Position numbers and translations under genes: made by a program. A model generated the notes under the pieces. It had not been told where the DNA came from, did no database searches, and was given only the letters and a program-made list of their open reading frames with translations. Shown piece by piece: positions 11,006-24,450 of a stretch of DNA of 64,000 nucleotides (position 1 is its first letter; every line of letters begins with the position of its first letter). This DNA comes from Mobula hypostoma (taxonomy: Eukaryota). The stretch covers positions 155,806,001 through 155,870,000 of the forward strand of contig NC_086099.1 of NCBI RefSeq assembly GCF_963921235.1, written 5' to 3'.

Positions 11006-13780
11006 TGAACTGTTTCAGACTCCCACTTTGACTTTATTTCATTTTGTGCAATTTCAATTTGCATAAATAATAGGAGGAAAAAGAAAGGAGCAGAAATTCT
11101 TGGTGAAATGTTATTTTTATTGAACTCCATTTGCTTCTCTGATCCCAACTGTTTACTGTAAAGTGCAGAGTTTTATACACTGAACAGTTTCATACTACTC
11201 CAAAGTAATACATCTGAAAGACAATTCTTGAAATTGTATTTATCATAATATGGCACTTAAATTATTACTTAATGTCTATCATCAATCGAATTGTATATGT
11301 GAACAGTTAAGTGGAATCCTCAAATACATGGATACATAAAAGCTTGCATTTTTATTAGTTTCTAAGGTACAGTCCCTGAATTTTTAAACAATTTCAAGCT
11401 CTTCAGTTTAGCATTTTTTTAATGGATTGATCAATAGTGTGTGAGTAGTTTAGTGTTGTAAATTGTAGAGTTAGGCACACAAATATTCCTGTTTCTTGAT
11501 ACATATCTTTATGTATATACTTACCAGTTTAAACTTAAATAACATGATACATGTTAAAACTCGGTGATATCTAAGTAGCATCTTGAGTTTCATTGTGTAT
11601 ACAGAATACATACTTAATGACATTGGCTACATTATAAGAAATAATTTCTTTACAAAAATTGTCACTTTTCATTGCTGTTATAAATGTATGTGTTTATTAA
11701 TGTAAATCTATATTTCAATGCCAATAATGTATGATTTATTTATTACAAAATGTGTGGATTAATCTCCTGGCATTTCTAAATGAGTATTGATTGGATAGTT
11801 GTTTCTTAATAGAAAGTTAGAAGTACAATGTAAGTCAAGTTAGAATATCTCAAACTTCAAACTCATCTGGTAGGGTTGACACTGTACACTGAAGATATGT
11901 CCAGACCCCATACCTATTTAACATTTCCATTTTGAAGATTTATCCTCTTTTATTGAATCCCGCCATTATTTTATTCTAGGAAATGTTTTTACCTTAATAA
12001 CTGCATAAATATTCAGTATGTCTCAATTTCTCCTGACCTCTTTATTGCTCTTTGGGTAATGATTTTGCTGTTGCATTACTTGTTACCAAATCAACTACCC
12101 ATTGGAAATGATTGTCTCAATTTATCTTCACAAAACTCCAAAAGTTCTGAATCTTTTATCACATTACTTCTGAATCTATTTTGCTCAGTTCAGAGAAACC
12201 ATAAAATATCTATTTGTTTTCTCTAAAGTCTCCTATTATTGATGGAATTATGTAACTATTAAACATAGTATAGCTAGATGTCAGGAGGCTATACAAGGTT
12301 ATTGACCAATAATAATTCATGTGATCAGAGATCACTTGTAGCTTGAAAAAACTATATGAATGGACTTGAAGTAGACAGTTGGGAAAATGGGACTTTTTCC
12401 AAGTTGTCAGAATGGAATCACTGCAGTAATCACTGGAGTGCCACAATCTACCTGCAATCTATATTAATCACTTAGAAAGGACAGAGTACAATGCTTTCAA
12501 GTTTGGTTATGGTATCAATTTCACTGATAAATTGACCTGTGAGCAAGATGCACATAATCTGAAAAGGGATATACTCTAGATAGAATGTTTGCAGGCATGA
12601 AGACAACAGATGGAGCATAATGCTGGGAAATGTTAAATTATTTCTTTTGGTTGGATCAACAAAAGTAACTGAATACTTTTAAACTTTGGGAGACTACTCA
12701 GGGATGCGTGAACCACAGAGATTAACGAACAAAATCAAGAACACATTTGGAGAGGCAAATACTATTTTGCATTAATTGCAAAGGTTGTAGTAGAAGATTA
12801 AGTGATACACAACCTCTCCTTTACTACTGCAGATGTTTGGTTCACCCAATTGATTACCAGGATGAGAAGGTTTTCCGATATAGAGAAGTGTAGTAGTCTC
12901 ATCCTCTACACAAAGTATTTTCCATTTTCTCTATTTACTACTTTCTACCTCTAATCCATTGCTAGGGGGAAAAAACTAGCCATCAGATGCATTATGTCTT
13001 TTCCATTTTACATCCATAATATTAAAATGCAATGCATTCATTGTTAAATTATGGAAACATATATTAAGCTGATTCTATTCCCTAATATTATGTATTTACA
13101 ACTGGTAATCCACTTCTGGTAGTTCTGAAGTCTGTATATTTTTGAGATACATTCTATTGATGAGAAAAATGCTACAACATATAATTATGGCATAAAAGTT
13201 CTTACATGCCATTTTGACATCATCAAAAATGTAAAAATCAAGGTTTGCTGTTTAAATCAATCCTAAAATGTTTCTACTACCCATTACAAATCAGCCATGC
13301 TCTAATTGCTTAGATTCAAGGTACTTCTGCTTCTGTGTTCCTCTTCAAAAATTGTTCTTTCAAATGTAATGCAGAAAATTTCTAATATTTGAAGTTTTAC
13401 ATGTTGTTATAAGAGTCCTAGATTTGTTGGATTTTTATTGTATTCAATAATTCTACCATGAAGCTATCAAAAAATACAAAAAAAGTTTGTTTCATAATGT
13501 ACATGTGTTCTTTGAAAGAAGACAAATACTTTTTTTTTCAAAACCCAGGTTATTTTGGTACAAAGTACACACCAAGCATTTACATTTTAAAATACAGTAT
13601 GATAACTTCATGCTTACGCAGTTTGTTAATCACTTTTAAGAGATAAGGTTGACAGAAATGTAATGTTTCATTTTTCAAGTTTGTTTAGAGATTGTATTAT
13701 AGTGGTCATTTTTATCTATGAAAAAGTAGACCTTGTCTAAAGGAAGATAATTAAAAATTATAAAATCTTTGAAGTGTCTA
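11006..13780 (+). other. IKZF1: Probable IKZF1 3' UTR (distal end uncertain)
   Basis: AT-rich, mostly non-repetitive sequence after the stop codon, with ATTAAA at about 13750. The extent is inferred only. Confidence 0.35.
12290..12900 (+). mobile_element. Very old CR1 RT fragment
   Basis: Degenerate resemblance to IYINDL, KFADD and WQMEYNAGKC segments of CR1 RT. Confidence 0.5.
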
Positions 13781-14277
13781 TCATGCGTTGTGAAATACTA
13801 AGGCAACCTATGTAAAATTCTATGCCTAATTATACAGTATTCATACTTATATTTTGATTTCTGTGGATAGATTCATAATGTTGAGAAATTATCAATGTCA
13901 TTCACTCGGCAAAGTGGATTCACAGCACCCTATTGCAACTTCTCATTGCCATTATTTGAGAAAGCCACTGGTAGCTGACAAGAGAAGATTCCATTTCATT
14001 TTAAGTATAAATTTAAAAGATGATTTTAATTCAGTTATAATTCTCTGGGAGACTAATTCACCAATGTCCCACTGCCCATTTAGCTTTCCATGTTAAGCTG
14101 CTTTGAGAAGGTATATCCAAAAGAACAAGTGGCATTTTTCTTTAAGTTTGTAGATTGATTGGTGCCCACATAATATTCTGGCTATTCAGCTGAAAAATGA
14201 TATCATGGCAACTGTCCCACCAGAACAGCATAACAGAAGAAAGGCAGTCTGCATCTTCTATCTAGAGTTTCCAAGCC

Positions 14278-14410
14278 ATTGCAGATGTTGGAAATCTGAA
14301 GTTTAAATTAAAAGCTGGAAAAACTCAGCAGATCAGGCTACACCAGTGAGTTGAGAAATAGTTAATGTTTCAGGTCAAAGAACTTCATCAGTTAAGAGGA
14401 AGGGAGAGAA
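14278..14410 (-). mobile_element. Old Penelope-like terminal fragment with a degenerate hammerhead motif
   Basis: TGCAGATGTTGGAAATCTG..AAAACTCAGCAG end sequence resembles the other Penelope ends. Minus strand reads CTGATGAAGTTCTTTGACCTGAAACATTAAC at about 14361-14391. Confidence 0.55.
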
Positions 14411-15829
14411 CATTTTACTCTATATGGAATTTCCAAGAAATGTATGTCACTAAAAACTCTGCCTTTATTTACCCTGCAGTGGGGACGGAGGGATGAGGGC
14501 AGGTACCGGGACGTTCCTTTGCCTAATGAATAGCAACAGGGTATCACAGCAAAGGATTCTCATCCATCAAGGAAAGGAGAATCCAGCCATCTGGTTCTGA
14601 CTGATGTAATGGCAAATCAGTTTCAGATCCAGCCTCATGATGAAGCTTAATCTTGCTGTAATTCTTTAGTATTTCAACTGTAGAATAATTTTCTATGATC
14701 TGGAACAGGTTCGGTTTGGTGAAGGACCTGCAACTCACGGTAAAGATCAGAACAATGAACCACCAATTTTATGCCATCTTAAATAAGTTGAAAAATACAT
14801 AAGCCTTGCGCGTATAAGGATGCACTCGTTTACATCAATGTCTTCTGCCGCAGAAATGTAGCAGTGAGGTTTATCTATACCAAACTCACTACCTTAAATA
14901 TTAAAGTATTTTGGAAGGTGATCAAAAGTTCTAATTAAACTCGGCTGACAATCACAATCTCCACTACTCACTTTCTTGAAATCCTAGACTATTTGTGTGT
15001 TGGATCCTTGGACTGAAGAGGTGTGGATGATGAGATGGGGCAAGTTTTAATTAGTGAAGATTCATCTTTCACAAAAATGATAGAATTCTTAATAAACTAA
15101 AGAGTAGTTTTGTATTGGTCTTTCTAATTACTGACCTTACTGGTTCCATCAGCTGGCTCTTAGGCTGTTCCCTATTTGAATTTAGTTTTTTTGCACCTGA
15201 ACTCTTTTTAATTTTGGTATCTTCATTAAAAACAGCATTTTGGTAGTAGTGGGGTATGTTTAAATGAATGAGTGATCTTTGGTAATGGACAAGCTACATC
15301 AACTTGATCATTAGAGGCAACGAGATTTTATCATGTTCATGGATTGTATCCATTTGGTCAATATGTTTATGAAACCTGAATTTGTCACAAACGGTAGAAC
15401 ATAAATCAAGCATGAATTTCAACTAAATGTCATTTCCTTTTGGTCTATTGCTGAAAGTTTATGGGCAAGACATATATCCTTAGACACTATTTCAACAAAT
15501 ATTTTGTCAGCTGTAAAGGCCTTTGTGTTGTCCTAAAGTCTTGAAATGTATAATACAGATTAATGTATTTTTCTAAATGTATAGAAGGCAGTCATATAAA
15601 AGTAGCAGAGATTGTGAAAAAGTCTCCTATTTCGTGTCTTAACTCAAAAGGCCAATGAAATCCTGAGGAATTTCAGCTTCTGTTCCAGAGGATTCCAAAG
15701 ATTTCAACATTTTATGTCCTTATTGCAAGGGAGACCATTTGGTCCATTAATTCTATGTCAACTCTCAGAACAATCCAATTAGTCATCTTCCAAAAATTAT
15801 TTCTATGCTGTCTTATCTCTCACATGCCC

Positions 15830-16060
15830 ATTGACTCTCTCAGATTTTTCTGCCATCTACCTACATAAGGAGTAATTATCACAGTCTTTAAGCTACCTCC
15901 TAACAAATAATTGGCCTGTGAGAAGAAATTAGTGCATCCAGGGAAAATCCGCGTGGTCAGAGGAGAATATGTGGATTCCATGCTGGTTGTACCAGAGACC
16001 AGGATTGAACCCAGGTCACTAGAACTCCAAAGCAGTTCTACCTGCTGCACCACTGTGCCA
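15830..16060 (-). mobile_element. tRNA-derived SINE (V-SINE/HE1-like)
   Basis: Minus strand has an A-box-like GGCACAGTGGTGCAGCAGG and B-box GGTTCAATCC (16002-16011), followed by a V-domain-like core. Confidence 0.7.
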
Positions 16061-18829
16061 CTTCGTTCTCCTGAATAAGCTCATGGTATTTTATTGAAGA
16101 TAATGTGATCTATCAAACAATCTAAAAATGAATAATATGCACGAAATACACTGGCTGAATTTTAATTGTATTTCACTTACATTTTCTACTTTGTTTAATT
16201 ATTATCAGTTTTAGGACATAATGAAAAACCCATTTAAATTGATCCAAAATGAATTCACTGACAATTTCTCTTAAATGAGCACAGGTACGCTATATATTTT
16301 TCAGCTTTCTTATCTCTTACTCCCAACACTATGCCTTTGCCTTTACTTTAAATATAAAAAAGTGTCTACTTGATATAAATTTATTCTCTGACCACACAAA
16401 ATGCAAGTTTCAGTAGTAGTTTCCATCCTGTGGTGGTTAATTTTGGGGTGTGGGCCTACACCCAGGGTAATGCAACAAGCAAATTCACTCATTCCAACAG
16501 TATATTTGTATGCTTAGACAGTGAGGCTGGGAACTTCTATATTTTTTCTCAAAAAAGCATAACGCATCAAAGATTATATCCCAAAATGACTGTGTTTCTA
16601 CTGCCCAGTGGGCAAACGGCTGGTATGAAATCAGTGAGCCTCCGTGCATTAAGGAATGGAATTACCACTTCCATTTGATGGTCTTACGCTGAAGTAATAA
16701 ATATATGTGCAAACTAAAAATACGCTAATTTTCAACACAAAGTTTTTTTTCATTGCCTTATTTGGCCCAATTTGAATTAGATAAATTGAGGATATTAAAT
16801 ACCGAGTCAGCACAGAACCTGAGTGTAATGACGGTTTAAACTATATTCTCAACAAAAATAATGGGATAAGGCTTCCAATGTATATATTTGTCTGCCTTCA
16901 CAGCAAAAAGAGCTTACAGATAGCTTCTCCAATTCCAGGAAAGAAAGTAATAGATATAAAGTTAGCTCATCTGTGGTAAAGATCTACGAATTGTTTGATT
17001 TTTCTATTATTTAATGAACTTTACATTAGTTTGAATCCAGAGACAGGAAATTGTTATTTAGAAATATATTCTGTATGTTCTGTCATATGCAAAGAGGAAA
17101 GAAACATTCTCCAGCTTTATCTACTGACACCATACATGACAAGTATGATTAAGATCTACACTACTGCTGTTACTGACTGGAAGTCACACATAGCAGCACC
17201 TTCCTGTCCCTCAGGGCTGAATAGAAAGTTCTGCTTTGTGAGTTAAAAAAAAACAAGTAAAAAGTTACAGAAGCAGTAGAAGCTAAGGTGGCAGAGTAAG
17301 GAAGTTGAGCTGAGGCAAATGGGCCATTCGGGATGAGGCCAAGCAGATGGTCAGGTTTTTCACTTGAGAAAACGGGAAGCAGATGCATCACAGCTTCTTT
17401 CAGTGCATAACTGGAAACAACCCAGTCACTGAGAACATTTGCATAAGGGGATAATCTAGTACACAAATTGTCCCTTTCATATTCACCATGGATTTAAGCA
17501 AAATTGGCTGCTTTCACTTCTTATGTTAAACATTTCTGCCCATTGTTCAGCGTTTAGACTCTGTGTTTTCACGTGTCTTTGTACATGAAGTAGAACACCT
17601 GACCACGGGAGTACACTTTTTAGTCAACTCATCGGAGTACTGGATTCTGTTTGAGTTATTTTCAAGTGTTAAGCAGGCCTACTGAAGTAAGACTGAAAAA
17701 AAATTAACCAACAAAGGAGAGTGTCATTTCCAGTAATGGGGAAGGAGATGTAACACCCTGTTCTTGTCTTTCTGCTGGATCATGTATTTTTTCTCTCTGC
17801 GGAAAAAAGGAAGAAAGGAGAAGAATGTTTTCCTTTGCTTCTTCTTTTTGTTCCCAAAATTGCTTGCCTCATTTCCTCTGTTTACAAATTTACCCGTTTG
17901 TAAAAGAAATTCAAAATCAAGCTCCCTGTTTCCATTTTCAATTTCATAAAGTGTCTGATCTTTTTAGCAGTGAGCATTATTGGTGTCTTAAATGTAACTG
18001 TAACTAAAATTCAATTTTTAAACATCAATAACAAAGGAAAATGACAACTTTGAATCCTAAGTAGAGTAACTAGTGGCATATTATTTCTATCCATTTGGTT
18101 TATTCAGTAGATCCAGTGAGGACATTGTATCAGTATCTAAACTGAGCACATAGAAAGCAAGTGCATGGCAATCAACGTGTATGAAAAATACTGGTGCCCT
18201 AGGAGAGGAATGATGAAATGGGTTTTGTGGAGGATATAAAAATGAAGATTTATGCATAGATTTATAAGAAATATAATTCATGTAGCTTGTAACAAGGAAC
18301 TGGGGATAATTGTGCATGCAGAGTGCCTAATCTTTCCATAAACTTAAGTGCAGATATGCAAAAATCTTGGAGAAATGGCATAAATTAGCAGTAGTCAGTT
18401 ATGTGATACTACTGATCTTTCATCGGAAAATTCCAGCTCTTTATTTTTGACAGTTAACAAAGCCAGAGGAATATAAGGAAATTCAGAATCAGAGGACTGA
18501 TGTGCAGGAGGGGTTTGACGTGATGGCAGAGATGAAGATGAACAGAACAATGAGATATTTATTGACTCTGAAGGAAGGAATGAAGACTTAGAATAAGAGG
18601 CATTTAAAATGATGTAGCATGTATGCACCCAATCGCATTGTATCACATGGAGAGTTAGTATCTGATGGTTGAAACTCATAAACATTAGAAAAAAATCAAT
18701 TAAAATTTTCAATAGTGATTTAAGGATGGATTTATGAAAATCACTAAGGCAGGAATGCAGCTTACAGGTGAATAGTAACTTATGAACGTATTTGATGCAA
18801 GTTCATTCCACTGTTGTGCATCATTTATG

Positions 18830-20010
18830 TGAATGTTTTGGATGAGAACATGGCTGGCAAATTTGCAGATGACACTAAAGCTGGTGATATAGTAAAGAAG
18901 GTTATCTAAGATTATAATGGATTTTGATTAACTGGGTCAGTGGGCTGAAGAATGGCAGATGGAGTTTAATTCAGGTAAATGTGAGGTGCTGCATTTTGGT
19001 AAGACAACCCAAGGGCAAACTTGTACTGTAAATGGTGGGGCCCTGGGGTGCTACAGTGGTGTAGTGTTTAGCACAGTACAGTGTTTAACAGCATGGGGCA
19101 TTGGAGCTCAGAATTCAATTCCAGTGCCACCTGTAAGGAGTTTGTGTGCTCTCCCCGTGACTGTATGGGTTCCCTCCGGGTGCTTTAGTTTCCTCCCACA
19201 GTTCAAAGACGTACCGGTTAGTAGGTTAATTTGTCTTGTGATTAGGCTAGGGTTAAACAGGTGGGTTGCAGGGCAGTGTGGCTCATTAGGTCAGAAGGGC
19301 CTTTTACACGCTGTATCCCTAAATTTTAAAACATAAATAACTAAACAGAGAACTAAGGGTGCAAGAACACAGTTCCTTGAAAGTGGCAACACAGCTCGAC
19401 AGGTGGTGAAAATGCTCTTGGCACGTTTGCCTTCCCCAGTTCGAATACTAAGTATGGGAAATGAGTCATCATGTTACAACTGTACAAGCCATTAGTAAGG
19501 CTATATTTGAAGTATTGTGTGCATTTGAGGTCTCCCTGCTTCAGAAAGGATGTTATTAAAATGGAGAGAGTACAAAGTGGATTGAGAAGGATGTTACTAG
19601 GGCTGGAGAGCTTAGGTTATAAGTAGAAGCTGAACAGGCCATGATTTTTTTCTCTCTAGGGTGAAGAAGGCTGATTGACCTTGGAGAGATTTATGAAATC
19701 ATAAGGGGCTTTGATAAGGTGAATAATCATCTCCCCAGAGTTGGGAAATGAGACTTAAAATGAGAGAATAAAGATTTAAAAAGGGCCTGAGAGGGAAGTT
19801 TTTCACACAGAAGGGGTTGAGTATATGGAACAATCTGCCAGAGGAAGTGGCAGAGGTGTGTACAATTATGACATTTAAAATGCATTTGATAGTTACATGG
19901 ATAGAAATGCTGTTGACAGGCAAATACGACGAGCTCAGTTAGGCAATTTGGTGGGCACCAACAAGTTAGACCAAAAGGCCGGTTTCCATGTCAATGACTC
20001 TATGTCTCTA
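18830..20010 (+). mobile_element. CR1 LINE 3' fragment interrupted by a SINE
   Basis: KFADDTK..WQMEFNSGKCEVLHFGKT before the SINE; the CR1 C-terminal region resumes at about 19345. Confidence 0.85.
19045..19340 (+). mobile_element. tRNA-derived V-SINE nested in CR1
   Basis: A-box-like CAGTGGTGTAGTG, B-box-like GAATTCAATTCC, V-domain CTCCGGGTGCTTTAGTTTCCTCCCACAGTTCAAAGAC, and an A-rich end. Confidence 0.8.
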
Positions 20011-20286
20011 ATAAGATAAAGGCCTGGATAATTATTTCAGTCTAATGGCTGAGCCAGCAGCAATACCAAGTTTCATATTTTGTAGCAAAGGATCACATTC
20101 TAATGTAGTAAACTACAGGCTACTATGACTCTGAGATCTTAGGATCCCTTCAGATCCTGCCTCTAGTGCAGCCTCAGTTTTAATTCCATCAACTGTCTAG
20201 GGCATTGAGATTAGGTGTCACTACAATCACAGCACAAATTCCTAATTTCTCTTTTCTAACTGGAGACTTCATAAATAAATTGAGAA

Positions 20287-20570
20287 GTCAGAAGCAGATT
20301 TATTATCACTGAGATATGATGTGAAATCTGTTATTTTGTGGCAGCAGCAAGGCACGAAGACATAAAAACCTATAAATTGCAGAAATAAATAAACTGTGAG
20401 AGCAAAGGAATAATGAGGCAGTGCTTATTGGCTCATGGACCATTCAGAAATCTGATGGCAGAGGGGAAAATGTGATTCCTAAATTGCTGAGTGCTGGTTT
20501 TCTAGCTCCTGTGCCTCCTCCCTGAAGGTCGTAATGAGAAGAGAGCAAGTCACAAATGGTGAGAGTCTGA
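20287..20570 (-). mobile_element. Rex1/Babar-like LINE 3' end
   Basis: Minus strand shows an SLL.SGRRYRS..FRNHIFPSAIRFLN-like C-terminus and an AATAAATCTG..TGA tail. Confidence 0.55.
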
Positions 20571-22132
20571 TGTCTAATGAACTGTCCTACTGCAATGTAA
20601 TTCGCTGCTCGACTTTCCAAAGCAGTAGTGCAGGATATAGGACACGTGGTGCATTCTTTCAACCACCGTTATTAGATATCTCTTCATAACGTGAGAGCTT
20701 TGCTATACCTTGTGATGGTGTAAGGAAGGCTAAAGTTTCCCCAAGGATGATGACGGTTGTGCCTGAAGTTGGTATGATTGACATGTTAAGCTATAAGAAT
20801 AGAACATATACAGAAAGACTTAAAAGTATTGTCATGAAGAAAATTACAATGGAGAAATGCCTATAAACACACAGTATAATTGCCAAACAGCAGGAGTATG
20901 GTTTGGCTCTCTAGCTCAAAATCCTTTCCATTAGTGATTCATAGCTGAGCAAATATACTTCAACAAAAACATCTTAAACACTGACTTGACAAACCAATCA
21001 GCCCAGCAAAGTTCTCATAGTTCAGTTACAATTAATAAGATATACTGTATGTAACAAATGTATTTCCAGTGTTAGGTTTAATCTTTTGCTGTTTGAAATT
21101 TCATTTACTGTTTACAGTATATGATTCAGCAAATATATAATGAAACATGTTTGGATGCCTTGATTAATAAAAAAAAAGCATGAACTTCATTAAAACCAAT
21201 GAAAATGCATTTACTGATCAGATATAAACAGGTCTGAAAGTCAGACAATTCATAAGTGATAAGTGTTTTGCTCAGAGGGCCAGTGATCAACTGGGAGGTG
21301 GGTATTACGTTTTGCTGCAAAATTTTATGTCAATCAAAAGCTTGCAAAGAAGTTTGAGTTAGAATGTCTGATAACCATCAAATTGTAAAGGTGCTACTTG
21401 AAGATGATTTTCACTTCACACACACTTTGTCTATCTTGAAGTATTCTGCTGTCCCTACCTTACAAGCATTTGTTTCAAACTAAACATAAGACACAATATG
21501 AAGATATTAGACCCTGCTTATGTTGCATTCTAACACTACTGCAAGATTTTATACCAGCTTAATGTATTATTTATTCTGCCTTCAAGAATAGTCTTCCTGT
21601 ACAGGAGAAAGTAGCTTTGAAGCAATCCTTCAAATGTTCAATGTCTAACTCAGCAATACAACGTTTACCTTATTTCAACTCAACAAACCATATCATGGCA
21701 AGAAATTTCAAGCAAAGGCTTCTCTTTGTACACAATTCATTAAAATGCTTAAAATACTTAACCTTGGTCTCCCTAGTCCATTTCAACTCATCTGTGACCT
21801 TAAACACATTAAGTCTAGACTGGGGGCTAGCTTCCTTATATATTCTGATGAGGCACAGCTTGATTTTTCTCTTCTACTTTTGTTGCTGATATCCAGTCTT
21901 GAATTGGTCACAGATCCATAGAGACCTACAGTATAGAAACAGACCCTTTGATCCAATTCATCCGTGCTGACTAAGATGACAATCTGAGCTAGTCCCACTT
22001 ACATGTACTTACCTTTTCAGAATCATAATCAGACTTAATATCACTGACATATGTAGTGAAATTTGTTGTTCTGCATCAAAAATAACTTCCTCTCTGACAG
22101 TAATAATAAGAAGGCATGGGTGATGGGAGTTC

Positions 22133-22948
22133 TTAGGATGCAGAAGTGGGCTAAGAAGTGGCAGATGGAGTTCAACCTGGAGAAGTGTGAGGTGGTACAC
22201 TTTGGAAGGACAAACTCCAGGGCAGAGTACAAAGTAAATAGCAGGATACTTGGTAGTGTGGAGGAGCGGAGGGATCTGGGGGTACATGTCCACAGATCCC
22301 TGAAAGTTGCCTCACAGATAGAGAGGGTAGTTAAGAAATTTTATGGAGTGTTAGCCTTCATAAGTCGAGGGACAGCGTTTAAGAGTCACGAGGTAATGAT
22401 GCAGCTCTATAAAACTCTGGTTAGGCCACACTTGGAGTACTGTGTCCAGTTCTGGTTGCCTCTCTATAGGAAGGATGTGGAAGCATTAGAAAAGGTACAG
22501 AAGAGATTTACCAGGATGCTGCCTGGTTTAGAGAGTATGGATTATGATCAGAGATTAAGGGAGCTAGGGCTTTACTCTTTGGAGAGAAGGAGGATGAGAG
22601 GAGACATGATAGAGATGTACAAGATATTAAGAGGAATAGACAGAGTGGACCGCCAGTGCCTCTTCCCCAGGGCACCACTGCTCAGTACAAGAGGACATGG
22701 CTTTAAGGTAAAGGGTGGAAAGTTCAGGGGGGATATTACAGGAAGATATTTTACTCAGAGAGTGGTTGGTGCGTGGAATGCACTGCCTGAGTCAATGGTG
22801 GAGGCAGATACACTAGTGAAATTTAAGAGACTAGTAGACAGGTATATGGAGGAATTTAAGGTGGGACGTTATATGGGAGGCAGGGCTTAAGGGTCGGCAC
22901 AACATTGTGGGCTGAAGGGCCTGTACTGTGCTGTACTATTCTATGTTC
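22133..22948 (+). mobile_element. Young CR1 LINE 3' fragment
   Basis: Uninterrupted frame RMQKWAKKWQMEFN..YKTLVRPHLEYCVQFW..FTQRVVGAWNALP and a TTCTATGTTCT tail. Same family as 62030-62972. Appears inserted in a Rex1-like fragment. Confidence 0.92.
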
Positions 22949-23039
22949 TTTGTTAATGATGCCTTTTTGAGGCATTGCCTTTTGAAGATGTCCTTGATGC
23001 TCAGGAGGCTGGTGCCCATGTTGGAGCTGGCTTTTGTAT

Positions 23040-23790
23040 CTATGTATCTGACAAAATGCTTTTTTAATATCTTACAGCACAGCTCTGGTAGCTTGTTCTA
23101 TATAACCACCGTGCTCTCTGTGTGAAAAGGATTTCCCACAGGTCACTTTTAAATTTTTCCCTCTCACCAGAAATCTATGTCTTCTGCTTTTAGGCTTCCC
23201 TCCCTGGATACATGGACTGTGATCAACAACTTTATTTATGCTGCAATAAGGTCATCCCTCAGTTCCCTATTTGCCAGGCAAAAGTTCTAACCTATCCAGC
23301 TTCTGTTTATAACTCAAGCCTTCCAGTCCAAGTAACATCTTTATGATTTTTTCCTGCACTCTTTCCCTTCTTAAAAACATCATCATAGAATGGGGTGACC
23401 AGATCTGTGCACAATGCTCCAAGTAAGTTGCACCAATGTTTTGTACAATTGTAACATAACATCTGAACTCATGATAAAGATGATTATACTGAATGTCTGT
23501 TGTCACTTTCAGGAGATCGTTTGTACTTGTATCCCTAGGTCTCTCTGATCTACAATACTCCCTGGACCATGCCATTGAATGGACAATACCTGTCTTAACT
23601 TAGACCAAAATGCAGCACCTTGCCCTTGTCCGAGTTAAATTCTACCTTCCATTCCACCACCTTCCCCAGTTCATTAGATCCTGTTACAATCATAGATAGC
23701 AGTCTTCACTGTCCACTATACCACAAATCATTATTTCATCTGCAGACTCATTCAACATGTTAATGACGTTGTCACCCGAAAATTTAAATA
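23040..23790 (-). mobile_element. Old CR1 LINE fragment
   Basis: YLEHCAQIWSPH..ERVQEKIIKMLLGLEGLSYKQKLDRLEL on the minus strand. Confidence 0.75.
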
Positions 23791-23800
23791 TGGTGTTGAT

Positions 23801-24450
23801 TACTGTACAACTGCTAAGAGTGGAACATTATTGATCACTGTACACTCTACTGATAGTGGAACAGTATTGATCATTGTACACACTGATGATAGTGGAACAG
23901 TATTGATCACTGTACACACTGATAGTGGAACAGTATTGATCACTGTACATACTGATAGTGGAACAGTATTGATCACTGTGACCACTGATAGTGGAACAGT
24001 ACTGATCACTGTATACACTGCTTGTAGTGGAATGGTATTGATCACTGTACACACTGCTGATTGTGGAATACTATTGATCACTGTACACACTACTGATGGT
24101 GGAACAGTAGTGATCACAGTACAAACTACTGAGAGTGGAACAGTAGTGATCACAGTACAAACTACTGAGAGTGGAACAGTAGTGATCATAGTACAAACTA
24201 CTGAGAGTGGAACAGTATTGGTCACTGTGTACACTGATAGTGGAACAGTAATGATCACTGTACACACTGCTAAGAGTGGATCTGTATTGATCACTGTGCA
24301 CACTGATAGTGGAACAGTATTGATCAGTGAGTACACTGATAGTGGTACAGTATTGATCACTGTACACACTGCTGATTGTGGAACAGTATTGATCACTGCA
24401 CACAGTGATAGTGAAACAGTATTGATCACTGTGAACACTGCTGATAGGGG
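23801..24450. repeat. Minisatellite of roughly 22 units of 24-30 bp (consensus CACTGTACACACT[ACT]GATAGTGGAACAGTATTGAT)
   Basis: Tandem units are directly visible and generate repetitive ORFs on both strands. Confidence 0.95.

Noticed and set aside
15990-16060. tRNA gene
   Set aside because: A and B boxes are present, but there is no cloverleaf and it continues into a SINE body.
23801-24450. CRISPR-like array
   Set aside because: The repeats are contiguous with no unique spacers, there are no cas genes, and the context is eukaryotic.
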